A stretch of 64,000 nucleotides of DNA from Eledone cirrhosa (GCA_964016885.1 OZ024746.1:68572001-68636000); one strand, 5' to 3'. Shown: positions 1 through 12,581, counted from the stretch's first letter. Numbers and translations: made by a program. The notes: generated from the sequence alone by a model not told the origin.

Positions 1-205
1 AGTAACAACAAAAAAGTTTAAGCAACGGTTCTACTCACTTTCCGTTGCTTAAACTTTTTTGTTGTTACTCTAGCGTCCCCCTTTATTTACGTGTCCCAAC
101 AACTTTTTTTAGCCGTTGTTCGCACCAACCCGAGGCATATGGCCCTTAAAGCGATGAAATGCCGAGGACGGTTGGAGGGTCACTGATGAAGGACTCACTT
201 TTTCA
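1..205. mobile_element. Fold-back element fragment (28-bp perfect hairpin 1-69, second stem-loop, CTGATGA core before (TA)n)
   Basis: agtaacaacaaaaaagtttaagcaacgg (1-28) is the reverse complement of 42-69; ccaacc...ggttgg stem 125-176; ctgatgaagg at 183-192 followed by (TA)n; cut by window edge. Confidence 0.5.
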
Positions 206-437
206 TATATATATATATATGGATAGAACAACTAAATGCAGGGAGTCATAAAAGTGAGAAATTTGAAAATTAACTAAAAAATAAACATTAAAATCCCATT
301 TCTCACTTTTATTGTCCATCTGATCAGCTGGACAGAAATTTGATTCTTCAGCTGATTAGCATCATTAAAACCCACTAATTGCACTATTTTCTTCTTTTTT
401 TTTATCACAACTGAATACCATTAATTAGGTATAGTAC

Positions 438-1004
438 TAATTGTTTCTACTTTTGGCACAAGGCCAGCAATTATCCCAGTACATTACTGGTATTTCATTT
501 TATCGACCCCCGTAAGGATAAAAGGCAAAATTAACCTTCGTGGGATTTGGACTCAGGACGTAAAGGGCCATAACTCAATGTTGCAAATCATGGCATCTGA
601 CGTATAGGTATAGTAATAATTGTTTGTACTTTTGGCACAAGGCCAGCAATTATCCCAGTGTATTACTGGTACTTTATTTTATCGACCCCATAAGGATGAA
701 AGGCAAAGTTAACCTCGGCGGGATTTGAACTCAGACTGTAAAGGTCCGTAACTCTATGCTGCAAAGTATGGCGTCTGACCCTCCACTGACACTACTAATC
801 CACCGCCCTAGTAATAATTGTTTCTACTTTAGGCACAAGGCCAGCAATTACCCAGTGCATTACTGGTACTTTATTTTATCGACCCCATAAGGATGAAAGT
901 CAGAGTCAACCTCGGCGGGATTTGAACTCAGATCGTAAAGGGACGTAACTATGCTGGAAAGCATGGCGTCCGACCCTCTACCGATACTGCCAATCCACCG
1001 CCCT
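438..1004 (-). mobile_element. Three head-to-tail copies of tRNA-derived SINE family A (~185 bp)
   Basis: Each copy matches the consensus with A box tggcagtatcgg, B box gttcaaatcc, central gttgactttgcctttcatccttacggggtcgataaaataaagtacc and 3' tagaaacaattatt; the first copy is 5'-truncated. Confidence 0.9.
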
Positions 1005-1387
1005 AGTAATAATGTTGATATTATAGAATAATTATAAATACTACAAAGACATGTTCTCTCTGCAATGCTGGTGCTACCATTAAGTCTAACAAGGCAGCCA
1101 CCTAAAGTGCAGAACTCAGAGAGGTGCCTGACTAAACCTTAAAGGATCACAATTTTATACACATTTCTATAATTAAATTAGATATATAAAAAAACGTTCC
1201 TGCAATCAATAAAGAAATTATGAAACATCTTTGCTATGTAACAGTAATGTTGAAATATTCAAATTAGATTGTATGATGTTATGAACTGTCACAGGATTTG
1301 GCATAGGTGAATGTAGGTTATGTAGTGGAAAATAACGGTTTAGTAATTGTCTTAGTGTGAAATGTCAAAAACTAGGTTCATCAGTTT

Positions 1388-1648
1388 AATAATAATAATA
1401 ATAATAATGAAATTATTGTGTACAGTGCTCAGGTGCACTACAACTTATCAAAGGTGTATGTATAGTACATAGAATAATGTACAAATGTCAGGAAAGTGAA
1501 CAGTGTATGAGTCATGATATACATGTGTGCGTGTGTATGGAGGGGGGATATCAGGTGTAGTGTTGGTGAAATTCAAGAACCATGGAGGTTTTAAAGGATG
1601 CAGTGTCTCAACAGCTAACAACTGATGCAGGTAGTTTATTCCATGCTT
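1388..1648 (-). mobile_element. 3' end of CR1/L2-group LINE with (TTA)n tail
   Basis: Minus strand encodes AWNKLPASVVSC*DTASFKTSM (WN.LP..VV....FK C-terminal motif); same sequence recurs at 13272, 25345, 42528, 52931. Confidence 0.75.
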
Positions 1649-2757
1649 TACAATAGTATAAGTTGGAATTATTTTATTTGTAACACATGACTGGAAGACT
1701 GATTGTACATTGTAGAGTTAACAACCTATAGAACCAAATAGCCAGGTGTTGGCTCTGACTCTCTGTATAAAAGTTAAATTTATGATGCATGTGTTAAAAG
1801 TGTGAACTCAATGGTACAAAAGAAAAATATGGTGACAGTGAGACACATTTAAGAGAATTTAAGTCAAGGATGAGCAACTAGTGGTGAAAAGTGTTGGTGT
1901 ATGATTTGTTAGTTAATAAATAAAAATTAGAAATATAGAAATAGTGATTTTCCATCATAAGGCAGCCATCTTGGATAGTGGTAGTAAAAATATAAATAAT
2001 ATGTTGCAAACATGATGATATAATGATAATGAAACACACCAGGGAGAATGAAAATATCACGTACTAGTGGAAAAAAATAGGCATGCATGACTTCATGTTT
2101 TTTTTTTATTTTAAATTAGAGAGATAGAAATAGTGACTTCCACATCATATTTTAAATATCATCAATCAATATCTGTTTTCCCTGTTAATAAGGGTCAGGG
2201 AAGTCTACATAGACCAAGTCAGTACTGAAACAGGACTACTGATTGCCATGACAGGCCAGGGCAGGAGTCTGCATCATGCTTCCTTATGGTCTTATATTCC
2301 ATTGAGTGCACAAGGGAGGTTATCATGTCTTTAACACAACTAAAAGGCCTTCCCAACCCTTTGTTTGACAGGTTTTCTAGGGCTGGATGCATGCATGATT
2401 TCTTAGCTTTTTAATTTCAAATTAGAAAAATATAAATAGTAACTTTCACATCACATTTTAGATAGAGGGAATAAAAATGTAACTGGTTTGTTGATAGACA
2501 TGATCACTACAAAATAAAATAAATAAGTTATATATGAATTGGTGGTATCAGGTAGATTGGTAATGTAGAACATTTTCTGGTAGCATTGGACAGATTTGTA
2601 ATGAAAGAGCTAATGAATTTTATAAAGAAATGACTATTAGTGTTAACGTTTTTATATATTATATTATACATGTATGCATATGTACTTATATGCATGTATG
2701 CATGTAAATTTACACACATTACTGTGTATATATTGAAAATATTATTGAATTTGACCA

Positions 2758-3135
2758 TAAAACATTTGTAGGTTTTACTGATTTTAACTACAAAATATTT
2801 GTAGGTTTTACTGAATTTAGCTACAAAACATTTGTAGGTTTTACTGAATTTAACTACAAAACATTTGTAGGTTTTACTGAATTTAACTACAAAACATTTG
2901 TAGGTTTTACTGAATTTAACTACAAAACATTTGTAGGTTTTACTGAATTTAGCTACAAAACATTTGTAGGTTTTACTGAATTTAAATAAAAAACATTTGT
3001 AAGTTTTACTGATTTTAGCTACAAAACATTTGTAGGTTTTACTGAATTTAACTTAAAAACATTTGTAGGTTTTACTGCTACAAAACATTTGTAGGTTTTA
3101 CTGAATTTAACTACAAAACATTTGTAAGTTTTACT
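2758..3135. repeat. 33-bp minisatellite, ~11 units
   Basis: Unit ctacaaaacatttgtaggttttactgaatttaa at 2787, 2821, 2854, 2887, 2920, 2953 and onward. Confidence 0.95.
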
Positions 3136-3900
3136 TAATTGAAATTAAATAGTTTGTTGGTTTTACTAAATTTAGATGAAATAGTCTGTAGTTTTACTGA
3201 ATTTACCATATATACTTAAATCTTATGTCTGAGAAATTGGTAAAAATCCAAATCCTGTTTACATAGAATTTGAAGTTGGTGAAAATCATCAAAATATTGA
3301 CCCTGAATGTAAGCCCTCACCCCTTCTACTATCGATTTTTTGGTTACATATTCCTCAGTTTACATTCAAGTATATACAGTAAATTAAAATGTTTTGTAGG
3401 TTTTAATGAATTTAAATTAAATGGTTTGTAGCCTTTACTGGTTTGACTGATATGCCCTTTCTTATAAAAGATAGTAATGTGTAAACTAAAAAAATTTGAC
3501 TGCTATTTTTAGCAGGTTGAATGACTGCATATAATGCCCCTCATTGGCTCATATAATACAGATTGGTTAATCTGGCACAAACATGACATATATAGAAATG
3601 AAAGAACTGAACTAAAATGAGCAAAACAACAAAATATGATTTATCTAAATATGTAAACCTATATTTATCTTCTTAAGGTGTTCAAAATACTGGGATATTT
3701 TATTAACCCTACAAATGATTATATTATCATTTTGTAAGGAAAATATTTATTGGTCTTTTTCAGCATATTTATGAGAAATGAGTACGTTTGATGTAAAAAA
3801 AATATATTTTCTTATGATCATGAATAGATGTATGCACAAATACATATGTATGTACATTTGTACATAAATAGATATATTTCTATATATATATAGATAGATA

Positions 3901-4065
3901 TGTTAAATTCCAACCACAACACCAAGCAGCTTTGGTTTGTGCCACAAGCCAAAACTGCTTGGCATTGCATCGGGATTTTACATATCTCTATATGCACTCT
4001 ACATCTCCCCATGTATTGAGTACTCATATGATTAGTGGTCACCTCGCTCTCAGCACTGCAGACTC
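3901..4065 (+). mobile_element. Short (TA)n-embedded element with hairpin and conserved tail motif
   Basis: Hairpin ccaagcagctttggtttgtg/cacaagccaaaactgcttgg 3922-3962; cactctac...gtattgagtactc tail similar to 4126-4190 and 53727-53790. Confidence 0.5.
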
Positions 4066-4087
4066 TCTCTCTCTATATATATATATA

Positions 4088-4198
4088 AGGAAAAGAAATC
4101 GAAAATGCTACTCGTTCCTATTACCCACTCTACTACCCTAAGTATTGAGTACTTTGGTGCATTATGGTCCACCTGGTTCCTTACCACATTTCTTTTGT
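4088..4198 (+). mobile_element. Short (TA)n-embedded element (tail fragment of the fold-back class)
   Basis: ccactctactaccctaagtattgagtactttggtgcattatggtccacctgg closely matches 53726-53777; its 5' part resembles the reverse complement of 54088-54110. Confidence 0.6.
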
Positions 4199-4796
4199 TA
4201 TATATATATATATATATATATACGTACATACAGACATACATACATACAAGAGTTGGAACCGGTAGATAGTATCAGCAATGGAAAGAGCAATGCAAACATT
4301 GTTTCCTTGGTCCAATTTGACAAGCTCCACCCCACTTAGTAAGCAAATGAGGTTTGGGATCTTGTTGATTTATCCTCTCTCTATATATATATATATACAT
4401 ATATACATACATACATATGTACATACATATATAATGGCTGCATCTTGATTTCAAGAATTGCCCCCTCTCACACATGAGTGGCACGAACATGACTCTTTAG
4501 CTCTGCCAAGGACTTATATTCCTTTCTGTATATGGTACAGTCATGAACATTACTTCCACTTTGGTTTCCTGTTTTGTTTATGTGAGTTTTCAAATGACAT
4601 TGGAATCCATTGGCTGAGGCACATTGTTTTCTTCACTTCCAACAGGAAGAAATGCCAAAAAGACTATAATCAGCAGCATTTTGTCACACTTCTATGATGG
4701 CTTCTATGCTTTACTGAGGCAAATCTAGTCACACTCGTTGCATTATGACATACATACATATAATACATACATACGAACACATGTACATATATAATC

Positions 4797-4843
<47 letters not shown>

Positions 4844-5073
4844 CACATACATCATCATCATCGTTTAAATGTAAATTATAATGGAATGTCTCAGATAAGA
4901 CTAGGCAGTGGTATTAGGAGGTAAATTTTGAAGGGTTAAAGGAGGTAGGAAAAAACAAGACAAAATCTTATGCATTCACAAGGCAAAGTCAATAAATTAT
5001 AGAGAAAGGATCACAGATCAATTTCTTTCATTTTTGTTCATTTGTTAATTTTTACAATAGAATTATATGGATA

Positions 5074-5596
5074 GCATGGCTTTAGACAGGAATTGTCCCA
5101 CTTGAGGCAAGATTGGTTGGATGACCGTGTCTCGATCATATAGGAGTATCTGACAGGTTTTCTACAGCTGGATGCCCTTCCTAACACCAACCACATTTAC
5201 AGTGTGGAATGGGAGCTTTTTACCGTGTTACCTACAAGACCACATTACAGCGTGGACTGTGTGTTTTTTGTTGTGACGCCTACATGACCTCATTTTGGAC
5301 TGGATGTTGTGGTACCAACATAACTTTATAGAGAAAGGGTGGTGTTGGCGGGAGTGGAAGGATGGAGTAGGGGTAGTGAGCTGGGGTGTAAGTTTGGTTT
5401 GGAGGGGCCGACTGACTGTAGGTTAACTTTGCATGTAAGGAAGGTGGGTCTTCTGTATTACTGCATGGCGCCAAAGATCTCGATCCAGTGACATTGTCTT
5501 GGAGAGGTGCAAGTGTGCAAAGTTAGAATTTATCATGTCCCAGGTTTTTCTGGGTCTACCTACTCCATAACTTCCATCAATCTTGATCGCCCTGCA
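5074..5596 (-). mobile_element. RTE-clade LINE 3' fragment
   Basis: Encodes RAIKIDGSYGVGRPRKTW...DRDLWR (RTE C-terminal GRPR.TW and DR..WR motifs); 3' UTR matches the 18181 and 57261 copies. Confidence 0.9.
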
Positions 5597-5792
5597 TATA
5601 TATATATATGCCAATACAAGAGCAATAATGACGGAGTCATTCTACTCACATGGCTTAAACAGGCTGTTTGCATAATTGCAAATGAATCAAATATTATTAT
5701 AAATATTCAATAAAACTCAGATATACATTTCTTGTATTCAGCCATGTAGAGCAATAAAACTATTTGTTAGTTATATACATACATACACACAC

Positions 5793-5844
<52 letters not shown>

Positions 5845-5849
<5 letters not shown>

Positions 5850-6286
5850 GTAAATTTGTATTCCAATGTTACTAAGTAGTTGCATTGGATGGAGTCAACC
5901 GACGTCGGAGATTGCTCAACGTATAATAAAGTGTGTTTTAAAATCCGGAGAAAATATGGAGAAGAAGTTTTTGAAATTTGAAATGGAAATGCGGGTATAA
6001 AGAATTTATTAGGTAACAATTGTTTCTGTAGTGTATGGGTTACCTATACCTCGCTATTTGAATAATATAAAAATATTATCATAAACCGAAGGTACACTGT
6101 AAGCAGACACACCATGTCGTCAGACCTTTGTATTGGAATGATATGAAAATTACAGTGTACCTTCGGTTTATGATAATATTTTTATATTATTCAAATAGCG
6201 AGGTATAGGTAACCCATACACTATAGAAACAATTGTTACCTAATAAATTCTTTATACCCGCATTTCCATTTCAAAAACTTCTTCTC
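5845..6286 (-). mobile_element. Fold-back element FB1 (~140-bp arms 5959-6102/6150-6286 plus one-sided tail), Penelope-like pLTR derivative
   Basis: Near-perfect inverted repeat flanked by (TA)n; contains a hammerhead motif; unpaired tail 5845-5958. Confidence 0.8.
6011..6127 (-). ncRNA. Type I hammerhead ribozyme motif with ~90-nt stem II
   Basis: Minus strand aggt-CTGACGA-[long stem tggtgtgt/atacacta, gtaccttcg/cgaggtat, ataatat/atattat]-GAAAC-AATT-GTT-acct; cleavage triplet is GUU. Confidence 0.65.
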
Positions 6287-6629
6287 TCTCTCTCTATATA
6301 TATATATATATACATATGTACACACATACACATACATACACATACATACATTCATACATCTATACACATCTATACACATATATACACACACACACACACA
6401 CAGACAGACACACACAAACAAACAAACAAAACCTGGAATGGTCTCAGATGGAACATTGTATAATTGTTGGTCTGCTCCTTAATCAATCTGACCTGGGGCT
6501 GTACACCTTATCTGTACATCTATTTATTTATATATCAATACACCTGTCAATACAATCTGTATTGTGTCTATATTTATAGCTTTGATCTTATTGATGAAAC
6601 AGCCATTGCCTCCTTGGAAATGGTGGAGA

Positions 6630-7030
6630 TCAACAGCAGCAGCATCATCACAACAATCAACATCATCATCATCACATCCATCGCCATCGTGATCACAGCA
6701 TCCATCATCAACAGCAGCATCATCATCATCATCACAACATCCATCATCATCATCACATCCATTGTCATCGTGATCACAGCATCCATCATCATCATCAACA
6801 GCAGCATCGTCATCATCACAGCATCCATCATCGTCATCATCATCATCACATCCATCACCATCGTGATCACAGCATCCATCATCATCAGCATCATCATCAT
6901 CATCATCATCACAGCATCCAACATCATCATCATCATCATCTTCATCATCACACCATCCATCATCATCATCATCATCAATCCATCGCCATTATTATCGTCA
7001 TCATCACAACATCCATCACCACCATCATCA
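6630..7030. repeat. Degenerate (CAT)n-rich repeat with higher-order units
   Basis: catcatcatcacatccat...cgtgatcacagcatcc units recur several times. Confidence 0.9.
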
Positions 7031-7435
7031 TCATCACCACCATCACAACCACTAGCCCCAACACCACCATCACAACCACTACCCCCAACACCACCATCAC
7101 AACCACTACCCCCAACACCACCATCACAACCACTACCCCCAACACCACCATCACAACCACTACCCCCAACACCACCATCACAACCACTACCCCCAACACC
7201 ACCATCACAACCACTACCCCCAACACCACCATCACAACCACTACCCCCAACACCACCAGCACAACCACTACCCCCAACCCCACCATCACAACCACTACCC
7301 CCAACACCACCATCACAACCACTACCCTCAACACCACCATCACAACCACTACCCCCAACACCACCATCACAACCACTACCCCCAACACCACCAGCACAAC
7401 CACTACCCCAACCACTACCCCCAACACCACCACTA
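7030..7435. repeat. 27-bp minisatellite, ~14 units
   Basis: Unit ccactacccccaacaccaccatcacaa. Confidence 0.95.
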
Positions 7436-7769
7436 CTCCCCACCTCCGCCATCACCATCACCATATCTTCATGACGTCCACCACTCCATCAGCACACAAC
7501 CACCACCACCATCATCACCACCACCACTAGTGATCTTCACCTGTCAGACATGTTGCTAATGAGGAACATAAACAAACAGCAAGCACTGCTTGTCTAAGTG
7601 GTATTAATGCAAAGACACAAACACATGGAGACAAACTTTCATATATACACATAGGTACACATACACACATACATACTCCAACCTATGACAACATAGTAAA
7701 CAGATGTGTGGTGGTGGTGGTGGTGGTGGTGGTGGTGATGATGATGACGGAGGAGGAGGATATACACAC

Positions 7770-7915
7770 TGGGCTTCTGCACAGTTCCCATGCACTAATT
7801 TCTCTTACAAAAGCATTGCTGAACTGAGGTTGTAGTAGAAAACACCAATATGACATGCTGTGGGATCAAACCCAAAGGTGTTATGGCTATAAAGTAAATT
7901 CTTAGCGCCACAGTC
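7770..7915 (-). mobile_element. Old tRNA-type SINE remnant (family C; diverged copies also near 13560, 23117, 33335, 35280, 39260, 41705, 44148, 47415, 51815, 56410)
   Basis: Recurring ttc..cacagttt...caaattt.actcacaaggc..tggt...tagtagaagacacttgcccaagg...cttaaccaca...catgcctgc pattern. Confidence 0.6.
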
Positions 7916-8180
7916 ATATCTAACCCTAATATAGGAATCTGGTAGAGAAATCACACTGGAGTTGTAACATTTTTAGTTATCTTCCTGCCAATTAAATAAT
8001 ATGGATAATGGTAAAATGAAGAATCTGTGGAAATTAGCAAAGATCTGCATTAACAACAATGGCAATAGGAAATCCAGGTGAGCTTCTTGTGAGATAATAT
8101 GTTTGTAAGGAGTAGAAAAAGCTGATGCTTTGGTATGATTTGAGAATGATTTGGCTGCATATATTTCACACCATGCCATT

Positions 8181-8421
8181 TTAACTCTTTTGATACTAAC
8201 CCACACAAAACCACCCCTGGTTCTATGAAACAAAACCACCAATTTTAAAAGCTTCTTATTTAAATTAAAATCTTCCAGCATAATTTTATGTGTGAACCAT
8301 ATTTTCAGTAAGTATCTTAGTAAGGAAATAATTAACTATTTTAGTTAAGTCCCTCAAAATTCTTCATTAGTTAAATGAAAAAGAATGTATTTCATTAGAA
8401 ATACAGTCACAAAGGGGTTAA
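8181..8421. mobile_element. Diverged TTAA-flanked piggyBac-type MITE family 2 (relatives ~11505, 21525-22065, 34850-35105, 43850)
   Basis: ttaactcttttgatac...gtcacaaaggggttaa termini; shared internal ctggttctatgaaacaaaac. Confidence 0.55.
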
Positions 8422-10809
8422 AATTGCAATGGACACATTAGACAATGCAGTCTTAGATCCATTATGTCTGAAAGAAAGGACAGGTTGAGCATGGATAAAA
8501 TGCCTCCAATCATAGGTTTACTCAATCAGAACTGACCTGGAGCTAAATAACAACATACAATGAATAGTTCTATATTTACTAGTAAAGAGAAGAACTTATA
8601 GAGGTAAAATTGTGATTTGGTTAGCCCTTGACCTCAAATTTATCAATAGAAATAACTAAAAAAATATCTTCTGTGTATTTCAATTGGCAGGGTGATGGAT
8701 TAACAGAATTGGTACAGTGTCAGATAAAATGCCTTGCAAATTTAGTTCCATCTTTTTACATCCTAAGTTTAAATCATCTGAAGTTCAACTTTGCCTTTTA
8801 ACATTCCAGGGTCAATTTTATAAAGTACCAATCAAGTCAAGTTATGGGGACATCATTGACTATAGACCTTTCACCAAAATGTAAGGCCTTGTGTCGATGT
8901 TAAAAATCTATAATTTATTATTGGCAGATGAGAAGGGAAGAGAAAGACTGAACTTATTCTCTTTTTAACACTTTTTGTTTTTTCTTTTATCATCATCACA
9001 ACCAGAACCTTCTATGAAGAAACCTCAATATAGTGACAAGACATGCCATAAAAACAATTGAATCTCCTTCAAATCATCAAACCATCTTACATTGGATAAT
9101 GTGGTCCTGGGTTACCTGTATGTAAGAGTGAAGACGTGTAGCTTAGTAGTTAAGGTGTTTGACTCATAATCTCATGTTCATGAATTTGATTCCCAACAGC
9201 GTGTTATGTCCTTGAGCAAGATGCTTTATTTCACATTACTCCAATCCACTCAGCTGACAAAAATGAGTTGCACCTGTAATTCAAGCCTTGTCACACATTG
9301 TATCATGCTGAATCTCCCTGAGAACTCCGTTATAGGTAAATGGGTCTGTAGAATGATGGGCCACTTTCCTGTTAATTTCATAAATAGGTTGTTGTTCCAT
9401 TGTTTAAGCAATTGGAACAATTGACTTTGAAACCAACAGAGGTTCAACACACATACACACACATTAGAAAATGACAGGATGGTCACAGCTGGAATATGTT
9501 TGATGAGAGCTTAACAAAAAGAACATCTTCATTGTCAATGTCATCACTAACATTATAATTAATATCACAATACATCTCCTCCTACTCATTATCATCATTT
9601 TCATAGTCGTCATTGTCATCGACATTGTGTTTAAAGATATTCTAATATGTACAAATGAATTTGAATTCACAACCAACAACAATAACAAAAACTGTACAAT
9701 TCCAAAGCAGAAATAATAAAAATAGCAATCATAATAGAAACACACACACTTTAAAATCAAATTTAATGATTAAAAAATGCATTGTTAAAAGCCTTGGGCG
9801 TTATCTCCAAAATGGTAAAACTTCTGTTAACAAGGATTGTTAAAATCTAATAACTGAGTTGGAACAAATACATAAAATTCATCTCAATGTCATTTATGAT
9901 GACCAAATACTAAATTACTGTAAAATTAAAAGAAATGCAACAAAACCAATATTACTGAAGTACTTAGGCATCTAATTGCCTAAGTGTAATGACAGCTTAA
10001 GGGTGTCACTAATGAATATTTAAGAGACAAGTTAGATCATCAGTAAAATTAATGAATTTTTTTATAAAGAAACAAGAGTTTAAAGGAATATTTGATGAAG
10101 ATGAGCTTTCCATCATTAGAATTATTTATTTTTTATTCGTTTTTTTTTATTGATTTGCTGCTCATAGCTATGAGAGAAATTAATCATACACCAATTTGTT
10201 GAAATTTCATAAAAATTAAAATTAATTTATAGAGTATACGTTTTTAAAACATTTTCCACAGAAAATATTTTTCATTCAAGGAAATAGCTAAGGATTTATA
10301 TAGATAAATATACAGCATTTATATAGATAAATATATATATAGAGGGAAACATTTTTTACTACAGCATTCATACAAATAAATATATATATAGAGAGAAATT
10401 TTTGTTTTAAATGCTATTTTGTTATGAACCCACTAACTTACTGCCATTTTTCATGTCATCCTGTGTGGAAATAGCATTTTGTTAACCTTTAGTGTGCTGA
10501 ATTCTTTTTACAAGTTGCTTCCCTTGACACTACATTATATGTTAAGGGGAGATTATTCTATTGGTAACAATGTGTCTAGAGCACCCAGAAGATTAATGAA
10601 TAGGTGGTGAATTGGCATAGTTGTTATAGCATAGGATAAAATTATTTGCAGTGTTTGTTCCGACTATCGATGGGGAGAGCACAAGAGCAAGATAAAACCT
10701 GGTGGGGTGGGGTACATATGATGTGTAAAAATAAAAGTAACAATAACAGTCATCATCATCATTATTGTTGTTGTTATCATCATCATTTCAACCTGTTTCT
10801 CTATGTAGC

Positions 10810-11160
10810 ATGGGTTCTTTTCATTGTCTAGGAAGACCCTGCCACTGTACACATAGATATCCTAGACTGCATACACAAATGGGCCATCCAACTAATTGGT
10901 TAATGTTTAAGTCACTTTCCAACAAACTCCAGCCTCTGACCCACATACATATCTCGTCACTGCCCTTTTCTACATCTACTACAGCAGCGTACACTCCTCA
11001 GTGCTGGCTGGTTTCATACCACCTCCACTAAAGCCCACTTGACTCACTCTCTCAGTACACCAATTGTGTTCACTCCCCACCATTCCAGGCCCTGAAATAA
11101 CCAGTATACCTAAACCTTCTTCCCAGACTGTCAGCCTTCTCGAATTCCTACTCTGCCTAA
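10810..11160 (+). mobile_element. Ancient Jockey/CR1-group LINE ORF2 C-terminal remnant
   Basis: Frameshifted translation LDCIHKWAIQLI...KLQPLTH...LFYIYYSSVHSSVLAGFIPPP resembles LD.IQ.RA.RLI...L.PL.HRR...LFYRYY...S.EL..L.PPP. Confidence 0.6.
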
Positions 11161-11885
11161 GTGTATTTTTTTCTTTATTAACAACAGTTAACCCCTTCAT
11201 GACTCTATTTCAATTAATTTATGAGGAAATTTGAGAGATTTATTAAAATGATTAATTATTTCATTGTTAAGATAGTAACTTAATACATGGTTCTAATATG
11301 TGTAGCATACAGGCTTTAGCCACTGCAGATCTTCTGCACTCAGTGTCCTTGTCTCACTGATATGTAGCATAGCAGTTTACACACAAATATTAGATAATTT
11401 ATCCTTCATTCTGACACTAAGTGACAATTGCCCATGTGTTTGAAAGACAAACTTATTAATACTATAACTATGCCTGTGCCATCTTTGTTGTTTTCATAGC
11501 AGTTTAAACTCTTTCAATATCAATCCATATGGAAATACCTTCACCTCCATAATACAAAACTATCTGTTTTACAATGTTCATATTCGAATTAAAACTTTCT
11601 CTCATAGTTTTATTTCACAAATACTAGTTTAATAATGACAAACCTAGTTAATTTATTAAAAATCTCAAAATTGTCAATTATTTTCAAAATTAATTGAAAC
11701 ACATAAGCAGAGAATTTCATAAGATCACATGTATGTATGAAGGGGCATGGTTTAGTGGTTAGAGTGTTTAGCTTGTGATCAGTGATTATAAGGTCACATG
11801 TTTGATTCCTGGATCAGGCAGATGCTTTATTTCACATTGCTCCAGTCAACTCAGCAGGCAAAAATAAGTTGTACCTATAATTCAA

Positions 11886-12213
11886 GGCACATGGCTTAGT
11901 GGTTAGAGCATTGGCTTTGCAATCGAAAGGTTGTAAGTTCAATTCTCAGTCCGGGTGATGTGTTGTTTCCTTGAGCAAGACACTTTATTTCACGTTGCTC
12001 CAGTTTACTCAGCTGTAGAAATGAGATGATAGGGACTGGGGTCCATATCATTCCACTGCAAAGTGGTTGTGGAGGTACCACGGCAAAAAAGCACCCAGCA
12101 CTCACTGTAAATGAGGTTGGTGTTAGGAAGGGCATCCAGCTGTAGAAATCAAGCCAGAATCAGTTCCCCTCCCACCCTTGCAAGCAGGGAAAAGCGGACG
12201 TAAAATGATGATG
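11886..12213 (+). mobile_element. tRNA-derived SINE family B (~335 bp) with RTE-type 3' tail
   Basis: A box tggcttagtgg, B-box-like aagttcaattc, gttggtgttaggaagggcatccagctgtagaaa shared with the RTE 3' UTR, (GAT)n tail; older diverged heads at 11743 and 9135. Confidence 0.92.
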
Positions 12214-12237
12214 ATATATATATATATATATATATAT

Positions 12238-12523
12238 CCAGGGAGTGTAACGTGCAGTTACTGTAGATGAGCACTCGGTGTTTAAATTCACGTCTGTAAT
12301 GAGGTGTAGAGCTAAATAGTGTGTAAATATAATAATACAAGGACAATTTGTTATGTCACTACGTTTATTGATATGTCATTACCACGGCAGAGGTCTGATG
12401 AGGTTTTGATTCCAGAGTCAGGCCAGATGGATATGGATCGAACCATGAGCTGATCAATAGTTAAACGCGCATCACCTATCAATAAACGTAATGAAGACAT
12501 AACAAATCGTCTTTGTTATTATA
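12238..12523. mobile_element. Fold-back element FB2 (arms ~12329-12373/12477-12523, tail 12238-12328)
   Basis: Imperfect inverted repeat between (TA)n tracts; hammerhead in loop followed by AATAAA. Confidence 0.7.
12391..12477 (+). ncRNA. Degenerate type I hammerhead with bulged, extended stem II
   Basis: aggt-CTGATGA-ggttttgat-tc-cagag-tcaggcc...gctga-tcaatagt-TAAAC-GCGC-ATC-acct (GAAA changed to TAAA, GTC to ATC). Confidence 0.6.
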
Positions 12524-12524
12524 C

Positions 12525-12581
<57 letters not shown>

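Noticed and set aside
248-360. 15-bp inverted repeat and ctgatcag...gaaat resembling a fold-back or hammerhead
   Set aside because: Core is CTGATCA and no stem I can be formed; evidence too weak
6464-7474. 336-aa, 296-aa and 152-aa ORFs as genes
   Set aside because: Almost entirely tandem repeat, open on both strands, no recognisable domain
8002-8093. Possible plus-strand exon MDNGKMKNLWKLAK... ending at cag|gtgagc
   Set aside because: Short and AT-rich, no partner exons or recognisable homology; such splice-like sites arise by chance
11886-11960. tRNA genes at SINE heads
   Set aside because: A and B boxes are present but there is no complete cloverleaf, and each continues into a SINE body
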